Shown here piece by piece: positions 1 to 13,098 of a stretch of DNA of 64,000 nucleotides (position 1 is its first letter; each line of letters starts with the position of its first letter). The notes beneath the pieces are model-generated. The model made no database searches. It was given only the letters and a program-made list of their open reading frames with translations, and was not told the DNA's origin. The translations under genes and the position numbers were made by a program. Location of the stretch: positions 1,659,362 to 1,723,361 of the forward strand of contig NIVC01000012.1 of assembly GCA_002269645.1 (NCBI GenBank). The letters are read 5' to 3'. Source of the DNA: Macrostomum lignano (Eukaryota).

Positions 1-217
1 TTTCGGGAGTCCAGTTATAAGTAGACCTACTTATACTGTGGTACCAATTGACACTACTGAATTGGTGATCTGCTGCGAGCTGGTGTACTCGCTGGCGAGG
101 TCGGACCTGCTGTACTCGGACACGACTCTGGCGGCAGTCGACACGTGAGCCAGACGTTTGAAAGATCGGGTCGCGCGCGCGGACGGCGATTAATGAGACC
201 ACCGGCGGGGGCTTCAT
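1..217 (-). CDS. possible start of an unidentified gene running off the window
   Basis: Minus-strand ATG at 217 with TATAAA about 30 nt upstream; frame open to position 1 (MKPPPVVSLIAVRARDPIF...). No family recognised. Confidence 0.25.
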   Translation of the reverse strand, partial: MKPPPVVSLIAVRARDPIFQTSGSRVDCRQSRVRVQQVRPRQRVHQLAADHQFSSVNWYHSISRSTYNWTPE

Positions 218-446
218 TTTATGCCGGCACAATGGAACGACTCTGCTTTATAAAGTTAAATTAAATGGCGATGGAAGGCAGTTTCTCCGAAATATACACA
301 GCTATAAAGAAACAGTAATGCACATACACACTCGATTGTCTAGCTCTAACAGACAGTGACGGTTCGCCAACAGGCATTGCCATATTATACGACCGTTCAC
401 TAGTAACGTCAGCTGTGTCGATAGAATTGTCATTCGTAGTCGTCAT

Positions 447-851
447 CCGGAAACAACTGGCTTTCGTTGATCGGCTGCTCGTAGACCGGAGACGAAGTGA
501 ATGGCGTGCCATCTGATGCACCGGCTTGCGCGGCGATGGCTTCGTCGTGCAGTTGCGTCCACGAAATGCCGACTGCGCTGGAAACTCTTACCTGATTTTC
601 TTCGCAATCCCGTGTGCCAACGGTAATATCCAACCGACTTGGCGTTGCAGATGTCGCTAGTGCGATTGACTATCGTCCAACGGCGTCATCAACTGTGTCG
701 TTCGAAGCATTGAAACCCTCCGGAAACAACTGGCTTTCGTTGAACGACTGCTCGTAGACCGGAGACGAAGTGAATGGCGTGTCATATGAAGTATCCGCTT
801 GCGCTGCGATGGCGTCGTCGTGCAGTTGCGTCCACGAAATGCCGACTGCGC
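447..851 (-). repeat. 132-bp diverged direct duplication (447-578 and 720-851), possibly coding
   Basis: Both copies translate on - as AVGISWTQLHD(D/E)AIAAQA...TPFTSSPVYEQ..NESQLFP; several differences are synonymous or conservative in this frame. Confidence 0.8.
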
Positions 852-1116
852 GAGGGAAAGATGCTACTTGATTGCCGCCGATCGGCGGTGTATTAAAGCC
901 AGCCCACCAGACAGACATCAGCGAGCCGTAGGGAGCAGGATGGAACTACGCCAGCAGATCCGCTGGTATGACCTACTGGTTTCACTGGCAAATCAGCCAG
1001 AAATAGTTCAAGTCGTACTACCTCTTGACGCAAGTAGCTGCCCGTGCTGCAGCCGCCGCATGCTTGTCTTCGGCAACGCGGACAGCGAGGTGTCGTGCAG
1101 TCGACAATCTACAGAA

Positions 1117-1655
1117 TTAGTTGTACATAGCGGCTGGTTTCGCTAAGATCAGTTTGATAGAAGTGAAACAGGTTGTACCTACGTATGTGCATCCCGTATA
1201 TACGTGTAGGATGTTACTAGGTACAATATTGACAGAGCGTTTGTCTGGACGACCTGGCGGTGCAAAAATTGTCGGTCGGCGCAACAGAATAACATCGCCA
1301 CGACGCAACGGCCCAATCTGCGAGCGTACGCTGCCTTGGACACTGCAACCAATCATCCCGGTTGGGTCGCATGCATCAATTGTAAAAGCCGACGAGGTTG
1401 ACGCTGAGCAGATCTGCTGGTCAGTAACTCGTTGAATAAGTAGCAACAATATCGGAATCCTGTTCGTTGAGGCGCGATGTGGCCGACGGTACAGAACTCT
1501 GACAGCTTCGTGCACAATTCGATGCCGATGTCGCCGACGGCGTATCTCCAAGCCGGTGTATTCCATATGGACTCCGCAAACGCATACTTTGCTTCGTCGG
1601 TACTCAGTCGCAGTGTGCTTAATGGACCAACCGTGCGACTTGAAGCGCCGGACAT
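1117..1655 (-). CDS. HROB: HROB/MCM8IP (DUF4539)-like OB-fold domain, one frameshift near 1455-1490
   Basis: DPTGMIGCSVQG...LRRGDVILLRRPTIFAP...VNIVPSNILHVYT resembles the recalled HROB motif DPTGEMQGTVH...LKPGSVLLLKQIGVFSP...LNVTPNNLVHIYS. The upstream IWNTPAW segment lies in the adjacent frame. Acceptor ttctctctgttacag precedes 1655. Confidence 0.65.
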
Positions 1656-2959
1656 CTGTAACAGAGAGAAGTGGATGTTGTTCGGTGAGGCAGCGTAGCC
1701 CGAAAACAGCGTCGGGGACCAGCGATCATGAGATGGGATAAAGGATTGAAAGGTCGTTGGGCATTTGTTTTTAAAATTGACTTAACAAAACTCAGCATAT
1801 AATACAACTAATTCGGCACTAAGGCACGAGCCGGTTGGGGCAGACTCCAAAACCTCTAGCAAATCAAAACGGGTTGTGCACAAGAACTCGCACTAGCACT
1901 TTTTCGGAATCTAATACCTTACTATGTATAATGTATATACAAATTTGGAGTACGTATTAACAAGACAGTACGTATTAAATGATGTAAAAGACTTAATAAA
2001 CATGTTCAGTACTTTTCATTTTTATTGGTGCAAAAAAGCATGACAATGAATACATAAAAAACAACTAGGAAAAAGGTTGGAAAAGGTGTATGTAGTATAA
2101 GTAATACTTTCGATTATTATTAGTACTATTAAGGCATGTGAACGCTGTAGACGGTGCTGCACTCGTTGATCCATGTTTACGGGGGGATCACATGACCTAC
2201 TAGGGCCCCTCCTGGTACAGTGGGAGCTGAAATCCTATATACTAAAAATGAGTTGTCTGGATGTGGGTAGGTAGGTATGCGATAGATTTCAGAAATCCAT
2301 ATACTAAAAATGGTCTGTCGGTATGTGTGTGTGTGTATGTGTGTGTGTGTGATCGATTTTAGCAAAAACGGCTCAACCGATTTTCTTCGAACTTGCACTG
2401 TTCGATCAGAAATTTTCCCGTGACAGTACATGCATCGTGGCTAAGAAATTGCTTGATGCTAAAGGGATTAAATATTCGAAAAACATGCTTTTTTGCAAAG
2501 GTCAAGCAGCTCTTTCGACTTGAAATGCATCGTAAGAATGCTAGCAGAAAAACTGACTGGTTGAATTCTGATTCTGAAATAGATTGCATCACAATACACT
2601 TTATTTATCGTCTGTGTACTGGCTGAATTTGACACTCAATTGAATTGCGTCACAGCTTTGAGTGTGAAAGCATAGCGCAGTACTGAATTTATATTACGTA
2701 ACCATATTGTAAACTTTCATAGACACTGGTACTGACTTGCCTAAGAAATTGATTATGTCATAACTGCTTCGTGAGACTTTTTACTCTACCTGACTTGGTG
2801 TGAGTGTTGAATTATATAAGTGGTACAACATCACTGATAACTTCGATGAGAGCTAGCCTAGAGCTGAACAGACCAGACTGCTAATGCAGCGACCTAGGTT
2901 CGAATCTAAGTAGTTTAAAAGTAGTAGTGTAAATTTTTTTATTAAAAGGTTTTATTAAA

Positions 2960-5432
2960 GGACTAAATAAAAACACTTAGATTACTGCACTCGATAAGCC
3001 AAGGATTATTGCTATTAATAAACCAAGGACTACTGCACTCGATAAACCAAGGACTATTGCTCTTGGCAAACCAAGGATTACTGCACTCAAGAAGCCAAGG
3101 ATTATTGCTATTAATAAACCAAGGATTACTGCACTTGGAAAACCAAGGATTACTGCACTCGATAAACCAAGGACTATTGCTCTTGGCAAACCAAGGATTA
3201 CTGCACTCAGGAAGCCAAGGATTATTGCACTTGGAAAACCAAGGATTACTGCACTCGATAAACCAAGGACTATTGCTCTTGGCAAACCAAGGATTACTGC
3301 ACTCAAGAAGCCAAGGATTATTGCTATTAATAAACCAAGGATTACTGCACTTGGAAAACCAAGGATTACTGCACTCGATAAACCAAGGACTATTGCTCTT
3401 GGCAAACCAAGGATTACTGCACTCAAGAAGCCAAGGATTATTGCACTTGGAAAACCAAGGATTACTGCACTCGATAAACCAAGGACTATTGCACTTGATA
3501 AACCAAGGAATATTGCACTTGATAGGCCAAGGATTACTGCACTTGATAAACCAAGGATTATTGCACTTGATAGGCCAAAGATTACTGCGCTTGATAAACC
3601 AAGGATTATTGCACTTGATAAACCAAGGATTATTGCACTTGATAAGCCAAGGATTACTGCGCTTGATAAACCAAGGATTATTGCACTTGATAAACAAAGG
3701 ATTATTGCACTTGATAAACAAAGGATTATTGCACTTGATAAACAAAGGATTATTGCACTTGATAAACCAAGGATTATTGCACTTGATAAGCCAAGGATTA
3801 TTGCACTTGATAAGCCATGGATTATTGCACTTGATAGTAAAGAATGTTGCACTTGATAAGCCAAGGATTAATGCACTGGATTATTCAAGGATTATTGATA
3901 TTAATAAACCAAGGACTACTCCACTCGATAAACCAAGGATTATTGCTCTTAATAAACCAAGGATTACTGCACTTGGAAAACTAAGGATTACTGCACTCGA
4001 TAAACCAAAGACTATTGCACTTGATAAACCAAGGATTATTGCACTTGATAGGCCAAGGATTACTGCACTTGATAAACCAAGGATTATTGCACTTGATAGG
4101 CCAAAAATTACTGCGCTTGATAAACCAAGGATTATTGCACTTGATAAACCAAGGATTATTGCACTTGATAAGCCAAGGATTATTGCACTTGATAAACCAA
4201 TGATTATTGCAGTTGATAAGCCAAGGATTATTGCATCTGATAAACCAAAGATTATTGCACTTGATAAACCAAGGATTATTGAACTTGATAAACAAAGGAT
4301 TATTGCACTTGATAGGCCAAAGATTACTGCGCTTGATAAACCAAGGATTATTGCACTTGATAAACCAAGGATTATTGCACTTGATAAGCCAAGGATTATT
4401 GCACTTGATAAACCAAGGATTATTGCAGTTGATAAGCCAAGGATTATTGCATCTGATAAACCAAGGATTATTGCACTTGATAAACCAAGGATTATTGCAC
4501 TTGATAAACCAAGGATTATTGCACTTGATAAACCAAGGATTATTGCTCTTGGCAAACCAAGGATTACTGCACTCGATAAGCCAAGGATTATTGCTCTTAA
4601 TAAACCAAGGATTACTGCACTTGGAAAACTAAGGATTACTGCACTCGATAAACTAAGGATTATTGCTCTTGGCAAACCAAGGATTATTGCACTTGATAGG
4701 CCAAGGATTACTGCACTTGATAAACCAAGGATTATTGCACTTGATAAACCAAGGATTATTGCACTTGATAAGCCAAGGATTATTGCACTTGATAGGCCAA
4801 GGATTACTGCGCTTGATAAACCAAGGATTATTGCACTTGATAAACCAAGGATTATTGCAGTTGATAAGCCAAGGATTATTGCACTTGATAAACCAAGGAT
4901 TATTACACTTGATAAACCAAGGATTATTGCACTTGATAAACCAAGGATTATTGCACTTGATAGGCCAAGGATTACTGCACTTGATAAACCAAGGATTATT
5001 GCACTTGATAGGCCAAAGATTACTGCGCTTGATAAACCAAGGATTATTGCAGTTGATAAGCCAAAGATTATTGCACTTGATAAACCAAGGATTATTTCAC
5101 TTGATAAACCAAGGATTATTGCACTTGATAAACAAATATTGCACTTGATAAACCAAGGATTATTGCACCTGATAAGCCAAGGATTACTGCGCTAGATAAA
5201 CCAAGGATTATTGCACTTAATAAACCAAGGATTATTGCACTTAATAAACCAAGGATTATTGCACTTGATAAACCAAGGATTATTGCACTTGATAAACAAA
5301 GGATTATTGCACTTTATAAGCCAAAGATTACTGCACTTGATAAACCAAGGATTATTGCACTTGATAAACCAAGGATTATTGCACTTGATTAATCAAGGAT
5401 TATTGCTATTAATAAACCAAGGATTATTGCAC
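2960..5432 (+). repeat. 24-bp satellite (ataaaccaaggattattgcacttg)n inside Helitron unit 1
   Basis: Direct inspection, about 100 monomers. Confidence 0.97.
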
Positions 5433-5589
5433 TAGCTGAGAAGCTGATTACTGCGCTGTCTAAAAAAGAGATTATTGCGCTCGCTGAGACGTGGATTGTT
5501 GCACAACCTGAGAAAGCGATTATTGCATTAGCGGAAGTAACATTTGCACTAGCTACTTGCTGTCTCGTGGATGCTTGCTCTCGAGGGGG

Positions 5590-6035
5590 GATACTTGCTA
5601 TTTGGGAGAGGGGGTACTGGCTACATGCATGGGATTCTTTCTATCCAGGGATGCTTGCTATTCAGGGATTCTTGCTATCTGCAGGATGCTTGCTATTTAG
5701 GGATTCTTGCTATCTGCAGGATGCTTGCTATCTGGGTGGATGCTTCTATAATATCTGGGGGGTGCTTGCTATCTGCAGAATGCTTCTATAATATCTGGGG
5801 GTGCTTGCTATCTGCAGAATGCTTGCTATCTGGGTGGATGCTTCTATAATATCTGGGGGGTGCTTGCTATCTGCAGAATGCTTCTATAATATCTGGGGGT
5901 GCTTGCTATCTGCAGAATGCTTGCTATCTGGGTGGATGCTTCTATAATATCTGGGGGTGCTTGCTAATCTGCAGATGCTTGCTATCTGTGGTGATTCTTG
6001 CTATGAGCATTAGAGGATGCTTGCTATCTGCGATT
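5590..6035 (+). repeat. degenerate 18-bp ggggatgcttgctatct repeat
   Basis: Same family as the arrays at 9340 and 12340. Confidence 0.85.
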
Positions 6036-6889
6036 GTTCACTTTTGGAGGGGGTTGCTTGCTGTCTTGGGAATATTTTCTATTTAGGGAAACGATATTTT
6101 GTTGACTGTTTGTTAATTTTAGAGAAAAAGTGATTTTTTAATTTTGCAAACATCTTAGTCCGTGACAATTTTACACGAATAAGGTGATTTTTAAAATGTG
6201 AAGAAGGAATTAGTGTTTAAGAAAATGTGTTTTTTTATTGTTTTCCATGAACTATTTTTGCTCCTTTCTTATTGGGCGCCCCGAAGGGGGGCCGCACTAG
6301 ATTGCTAGTCCTATATACTAAAAATGAAATGTCTGTAACTAACTAGCTATGCGATAGATTTCAGAAAAAATGGCTCAACCGATTTTCTTCAAACTTGCAC
6401 CATTCGATCAGAAATGTTCCTGGGACGGTACATGTATCTTGGCTAAGAAATTGCTCAATGTTAAAGGGATTAAATATTCGAAAAACATGCTTTTTTGCAA
6501 AGGTCAAGCCAAATTTTTGACTTGAAATGCATTGTAAGAATGCTAGAGAAAAAACTGACTGGCTGAATTACGATTGTGATAAAGATTGCATCACAACAAG
6601 GTGAAAACAGTGCCACAGAAACGCACACAAGACTTCATTGAAATTGCGTAACCATATTGCTAACTTGAATTGAGACTGATACTGGCTGACTGAGAAATTG
6701 ATTATGTCATAACTTTTTACCCTAACCGACTTGCTATAAGTATTGAATTATAAGGGCCACAAGTCATGTTCTCCAATTGAAAAGAGATAGCCGGATGAAA
6801 CAGACTGGAATGCTAATGTAGCGACCTTGGTTCGAATCTTAGTGGTGAAAAATGTTTTTTTTATTAAAACACGTTAAAAAACACAAAAT

Positions 6890-9260
6890 TCTCAACATTA
6901 AAGAGCCACCATGTCGAAACATTAAAGAGCCACCATTTCAAACATTAAAGAGCCACAATGTCAAACATTAAAGAGCCACCATGTCGAACATAAAAGAGCC
7001 ACCATATCAAACATAAAAGAGTTACCATGTCAAACATTAAAGAGCCACCATGTCGAACATTAAAGAGCCACAATGTCAAACATTAAAGAGCCACCATTTC
7101 AAACCTAAAAGAGCCACCATGTCGAACATTAAAGAGCCACAATGGCAATCATTAAAGAGACACCATTTCAAACCTAAAAGAGTTACCATGTCAAACATTA
7201 AAGAGCCGCCAGGTCAAACATAAAACAGACACCATTAAGAACATTAAAGAGCCACCATGTCGAACATTAAAGAGCCACCATGTCAAACATAAAACAGCCA
7301 CCATTTCGAAAATTAAAGAGCCACCATTTTAAACATTAAAGAGCCACCTTGTCAAATATTAAAGAGCCACAATGTCAAACATTAAAGAGCCACCTTAACA
7401 AACATTAAAGAGCCACCATGTCAAACATTAAAGAGCCACCATGTAAAACATTAAAGAGCCACCATGTCGAACATAAAAGAGGTACCATGTCAAACATTAA
7501 AGACCCACCAGGTCAAACATGAAAGTGCCACCATGTCAAATATTAAAAAGCCACCATGTCAAACATTAAAGAGCCACCAGGTCAAACATGAAAGTGCCAC
7601 CAGGTCAAACATATACATGACTCCATGTCAAACATTAAAGAGCCACCATGTCGAACATAAAAGGGCCACCATGTCAAATATTAAAGAGCCACCATGTCAA
7701 ACATTAAAGAGCCACCAGGTCAAACATGAAAGTGCCACCATGTAAAACATTAAAGAGCCACCATGTCAAACATTAAAGAGCCACCAGGTCAAATATATAC
7801 ATGACTCCATGTCAAACATTAAAGAGCCACCATGTCGAACATAAAAGGGCCACCATGTCAAATATTAAAGAGCCACCATGTCAAACATTAAAGAGCCACC
7901 AGGTCAAACATGAAAGTGCCACCATGTAAAACATTAAAGAGCCACCATGTCGAACATTTAAGAAGCACCATGTCAAACATAAAATAGCCACCATGTGAAA
8001 CATATAGGTGACTCCATGTAAAACATTAAAGAGCTACCATACCAGACATATACATGACTCCATGTCAAACATATACGTGACTCCATGTTAGACATTAAAG
8101 AGCCACCATGTCGAACATTAAAGAGCCAACGTGTTAAAAATACAAGAGCCACCAGGTCAAACATATATATGACTCCATGTCAAACATTAAAGAGCCACCA
8201 TGTCGAACATAAAAGGGCCACCATGTCAAATATTAAAGAGCCACCATGTCAAACATTTAAGAGCCACCATGTCAAACATATACATGACTCTATGTCAAAC
8301 GTTAAAGAGACACCATGTCAAACATTACAGAGCCACCATGTCAAACATTTAAGAGCCACCAGGTCAAACATGAAAGTGCCACCATGTAAAACATTAAAGA
8401 GCCACCATGTCAAACATATACGTAACTCCATGTCAAACATTGAAGAGACCCCATGTCAAACATTAAAGAGCCACCACGTCGAACATAAAAGAGCCACCAT
8501 GTAAAACATATACGTAACTCCATGTCAAACATTGAAGCGACACCATGTCGAACATAAAAGAGCCACCATGTCGAACATTAAAGAGCCACCATGTCGAACA
8601 TAAAAGAGCTACCATGTCAAACATTAAAGAGCCACCATGTTAAACATAAAAGAGCCATCATGTCAAACATATAAGTGACTTTATGTCGAACATTAAAGAG
8701 CCACCATGTCTAACATTAAAGAGCCACCATGTCCAACATTAAAGAGCCACCATGTCAAAAATTAAAGAGCCACCATGTCTATCATTAAAGAGCCATCATC
8801 TCAAACATTAAAGAGCTACTTTGTCTAACATTAAAGAGCCACCATGTCAAACATTAAAGAGCTACTTTGTCTAACATTAAAGAGCCACCATGTCAAACAT
8901 TAAAGAGCCACCATGTCAAACATTAAAGAGCCACCATGTCAAACATAAAAGAGCCACCTTTTTGAACATTAAAGAGCCACCATTTCGAACATTAAAGAGC
9001 CACCATGTCAAACATAATAGAGCCACCATGTAAAACATTAAAAAGCCACTTTGTCAAACATAGAAGAGCCCCCATGTCAAACATAGAAGAGCCCCCATGT
9101 CAAACATAGAAGAGCCCCCATGTCAAACATAGAAGAGCCCCCATGTCAAACATAGAAGAGCCACTATGTCAGACATTGAAAAGCCACCGTATCAAACATA
9201 AAAGAGTTACCATGTACGAGCGTAGAACATAAAAGAGCCACCCTGTAAAACATAAAAGAT
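6890..9260 (+). repeat. 23-bp satellite (gtcaaacattaaagagccaccat)n
   Basis: Direct inspection. Confidence 0.95.
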
Positions 9261-9344
9261 ACACAATTTCAAACGTAAAAGTAAGCGAATTTTAAAGGAG
9301 CCGCTATAATGCTAAGGAAATTGTCGCACTAGCTACTTATTGTC

Positions 9345-9760
9345 TGGTGGATGCTTGCTATTTGGGGATGCTATCTATCTTGGGGATGCTTGCTATCTGG
9401 GGGATGCTTGCTATCTGGGGGATGCTTGCTATCTGGGGGATGCTTGCTATCTGGGGGATGCTTGCTATCTGGGGGATGCTTGCTATCTGGGGGATGCTTG
9501 CTATCTGGGGGATGCTTGCTATCTGAGGGATGCTTGCTATCTGGGGGATGCTTGCTATCTGGGGGATGCTTGCTATCTGGGGGATGCTTGCTATCTGGGG
9601 GATGCTTGCTATCTGAGGGATGCTTGCTATCTTGGGGATGCTTGCTATCTGGGGGATGCTTGCAATCTGGGGGATGCTTGCTATCTGGGGGATGCTTGCC
9701 ATCTTGGGGATGCTTGCTATCTAGGGGATGCTTGCTATCTGGGGGATGCTTGCAGTCTTG
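9345..9760 (+). repeat. 18-bp minisatellite (ctgggggatgcttgctat)n
   Basis: Direct inspection. Confidence 0.97.
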
Positions 9761-10489
9761 GGATGATTTCTTTTTGCAATGCACTTTATTTGAGCAGTTT
9801 GTCTGTTGTCTTTTTGAAGGATTTTTGGCTGTCTTTTTGTTACTTTAGAAAACAGAGATTCTATCTAGATGTCCCCCATCGGGGGGCGAAGATTGCTAGT
9901 CCTATATACTAAAAATGAGTTGTCTGTGGGTAGGTAGGTAGGTATGCGATAGATTTCAGAAAAAATGGCTCAACCGATTTTCTTCAAACTTGCACCATTC
10001 GATCAGAAATTTTCCTGGGACGGTACATGCATCTTGGCTAAGAAATTGCTCAATATTAAAGGGATTAAATATTCGAAAAACATGCTTTTTTGCAAAGGTC
10101 AAGCAAAATTTTCGACTTGAAATGCATTGTAAGAATGCTAGAGAAAAAACTGACTGGCTGAATTCCGATTGTGATAAAGATTGCATCACAACAAGTTGAA
10201 AACAGTGTCGAAGAAATGCACACACGACTTGATTAAAATTGCGTAACCATATTGCTAACTTGAATTGAGACTGATACTGGCTGACTGAAAAATTGATTAT
10301 GTCATAACTTTCTACTCCAATTGACTTGCTGTAAGAATTGAGTTATAAGGGCCACAATTCATGGTCTCAAATTAAAAACAGATAGCCTAGATGCGAGATG
10401 ACTGACTGCTAATGTGGCGACCTGGGTTCGAATCTTAGTACTGCAAAAGATTTTTTTATTAAAACACCTTAAAAACACAAAATGCTAAA

Positions 10490-12250
10490 CATAAAAGAAG
10501 CGCAATGTCAAACATAGAAGAGCCACCATGTCGAACATTAAAGAGCCACCATGTCGACCATTAAAGAGCCACCATGTCGACCATTAAAGAGCCACCATGT
10601 CGAACATTAAAGAGCTACCATGTCGAAAATTAAAGAGCCACCATGTCGACCATTAAAGAGCCACCATGTCGAACATTAAAGAGCCACCATGTCCAACATA
10701 TACATGACTCCATGTTGAACATTCAAGAGCTACCATGTCAAACATATACATGACGCCATGTCGAACATAAAAGAGCCACCATGTCGAACATTAAAAATCC
10801 ACCATGTCAAACATTAAAGAGCCACCATGTCGAACATTAAAGAGCCACCATGTCAAACATTAAAGAGCAACCAGGTCAAACATATACATGACTCCATGTC
10901 GAACATTGAAGAGCCACCATGTCGAACATTAAAGGGCCACCATGTCAAATATTAAAGAGCCACCATGTCAAACATTAAAGAGCCACCAGGTCAAACATGA
11001 AAGTGCCACCATGTCTAACATTAAAGAGCCACCATGGCAAACATATACATGACTCTATGTCGAACATTCAAGAGCTACCATGTCAAACATATACATGACT
11101 CCATGTCAAACATTAAAGAGACACTATGTCAAACAATAAAGAGCCACCATGTCGAACATTTAAGAGCCACCATGTCAAACATAAAATAGCCAACATGTGA
11201 AACATATACGTGACTCCATGTAAAACATTAAAGAGCTACCATATCAGGCATATGCATGACTCCATGTCAAACATATACGTGACTCCATGTTAGACAATTA
11301 AGAGCCACCATTTCGAACATTAAAGAGTCAACATGTTAAAAATACAAGAGCATCCATGTCAAACATATACATGACGCCATTTCAAACATTGAAGAGACAC
11401 CATGTCGAACATAAAAGAGCCACCATGCAAAACATAAAAGAGCCACCATGTCTAACATTAAAGAGCCACCATGTCAAACATATACATGACTCCATGTCAA
11501 ACATTAAAGAGACACTATGTCAAACAATAAAGAGCCACCATGTCGAACATTTAAGAGCCACCATGTCAAACATATACATGACGCCATGTCAAACATTAAA
11601 GAGCTACCATGTCAAACATTGAAGAGCCACCATGTCAAACATTATAGAGCCACTATGTCGAACATTTAAGAGCCACCATGTCAAACATATACATGACTCC
11701 ATGTTGAACATTAAAGAGCCACCATGTCTAACATTTAAGAGCCATCATGTCAAACATTAAAGAGCTACTTTGTCTAACATTAAAGAGCCACCATGTCAAA
11801 CATTAAAGAGCCACCATGTCAAACATTAAAGAGCCACCATGTCAAACATAAAAGAGCCACCTTTTTGAACATTAAAGAGCCACCATGTCAAACATTAAAG
11901 AGCCACCATGTCAAACATAAAAGAGCCACCTTTTTGAACATTAAAGAGCCACCATGTCAAACATAATAGAGCCACCATGTCAAACATAATAGAGCCACCA
12001 TGTCAAACATTAAAAAGCCACTTTGTCAAACATAGAAGAGCTCCCATGTCAAACATAGAAGAGCCCCCATGTCAAACATAGAAGAGCCCCCATGTCAAAC
12101 ATAGAAGAGCCACCATGTCAGACATTGAAAAGCCACCGTATCAAACATAAAAGAGTTACCATGTACGAGCGTAGAACAAAAAAGAGCCACAATGTATAAC
12201 ATAAAAGAGCCACAATGTATAACATAAAAGAGCCACCCTGTTAAACATAA
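10490..12250 (+). repeat. 23-bp satellite, same family as 6890-9260
   Basis: Direct inspection. Confidence 0.95.
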
Positions 12251-12344
12251 AAGATACACAATTTCAAACGTAAAAGTAAGCGAATTTTAAAGGAGCCGCT
12301 ATAATGCTAAGGAAATTGTCGCACTAGCTACTTATTGTCTGGTG

Positions 12345-13098
12345 GATGCTTACTATTTGGGGATGCTATCTATCTTGGGGATGCTTGCTATCTTGGGGAT
12401 GCTTGCTATCTGGGGGATGCTTGCTATCTGGGGGATGCTTGCTATCTGGGGGATACCTGCTATCTGGGGGATGCTTGCTATCTGAGGGATGCTTGCTATC
12501 TGGGGGATGCTTGCTATCTGGGGGATACCTGCTATCTGGGGGATGCTTGCTATCTGGGGGATGCCTGCTATCTGGGGATGCTTGCTATCTGGGGGATGCC
12601 TGCTATCTGGGGGATGCTTGCTATCTGGGGGATGCTTGCTATCTGGGGGATGCTTGCTATCTGGGGGATGCTTGCTATCTGAGGGATGCTTGCTATCTGG
12701 GGGATGCTTGCTTTCTGGGGGATGCTTGCTATCCGGGGGATGCTTGCTATCTGGGGGATGCTTGCAATCTGGGGGATGCTTGCTATCTGAGGGATGCTTG
12801 CTATCTGGGGGATGCTTGCTATCTGGGGGACGCTTGCTATCTGGGGGATGCTTGCTATCTTGGGGATGCTTGCTATCTGGGGGATGCTTGCTATCTTGGG
12901 GATGCTTGCTATCTGGGGGATGCTTGCTATCTTGGGGATGCTTGCTATCTGGGGGACGCTTGCTATCTGGGGGATGCTTGCTATCTTGGGGATGCTTGCT
13001 ATCTGGGGGATGCTTGCTATCTTGGGGATGCTTGCTATCTGGGGGATGCTTGCTATCTTGGGGATGCTTGCTATCTGGGGGATGCTTGCGGTCTTGGG
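12345..13098 (+). repeat. 18-bp minisatellite (ctgggggatgcttgctat)n
   Basis: Direct inspection. Confidence 0.97.

Larger units (their letters stand above)
2233..6308 (+). mobile_element. non-autonomous Helitron, unit 1
   Basis: A|TCctatatactaaaaatg 5' end, (GT)n tract, conserved ~600-bp body, 3' C-run/G-run hairpin then attgCTAG; no RepHel ORF. Confidence 0.8.
6309..9899 (+). mobile_element. non-autonomous Helitron, unit 2
   Basis: TCctatatactaaaaatg directly after the CTAG of unit 1; ends cccccatcggggggcgaagattgCTAG. Confidence 0.85.

Noticed and set aside
2845-2915. Functional tRNA-Ser gene
   Set aside because: A/B boxes are present but I cannot form an acceptor stem or full cloverleaf; kept only as a tRNA-like cassette.
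3009-5195. 728-aa ORF and overlapping long ORFs
   Set aside because: Translations of the stop-poor 24-bp satellite; open on both strands, with no splice or family support.
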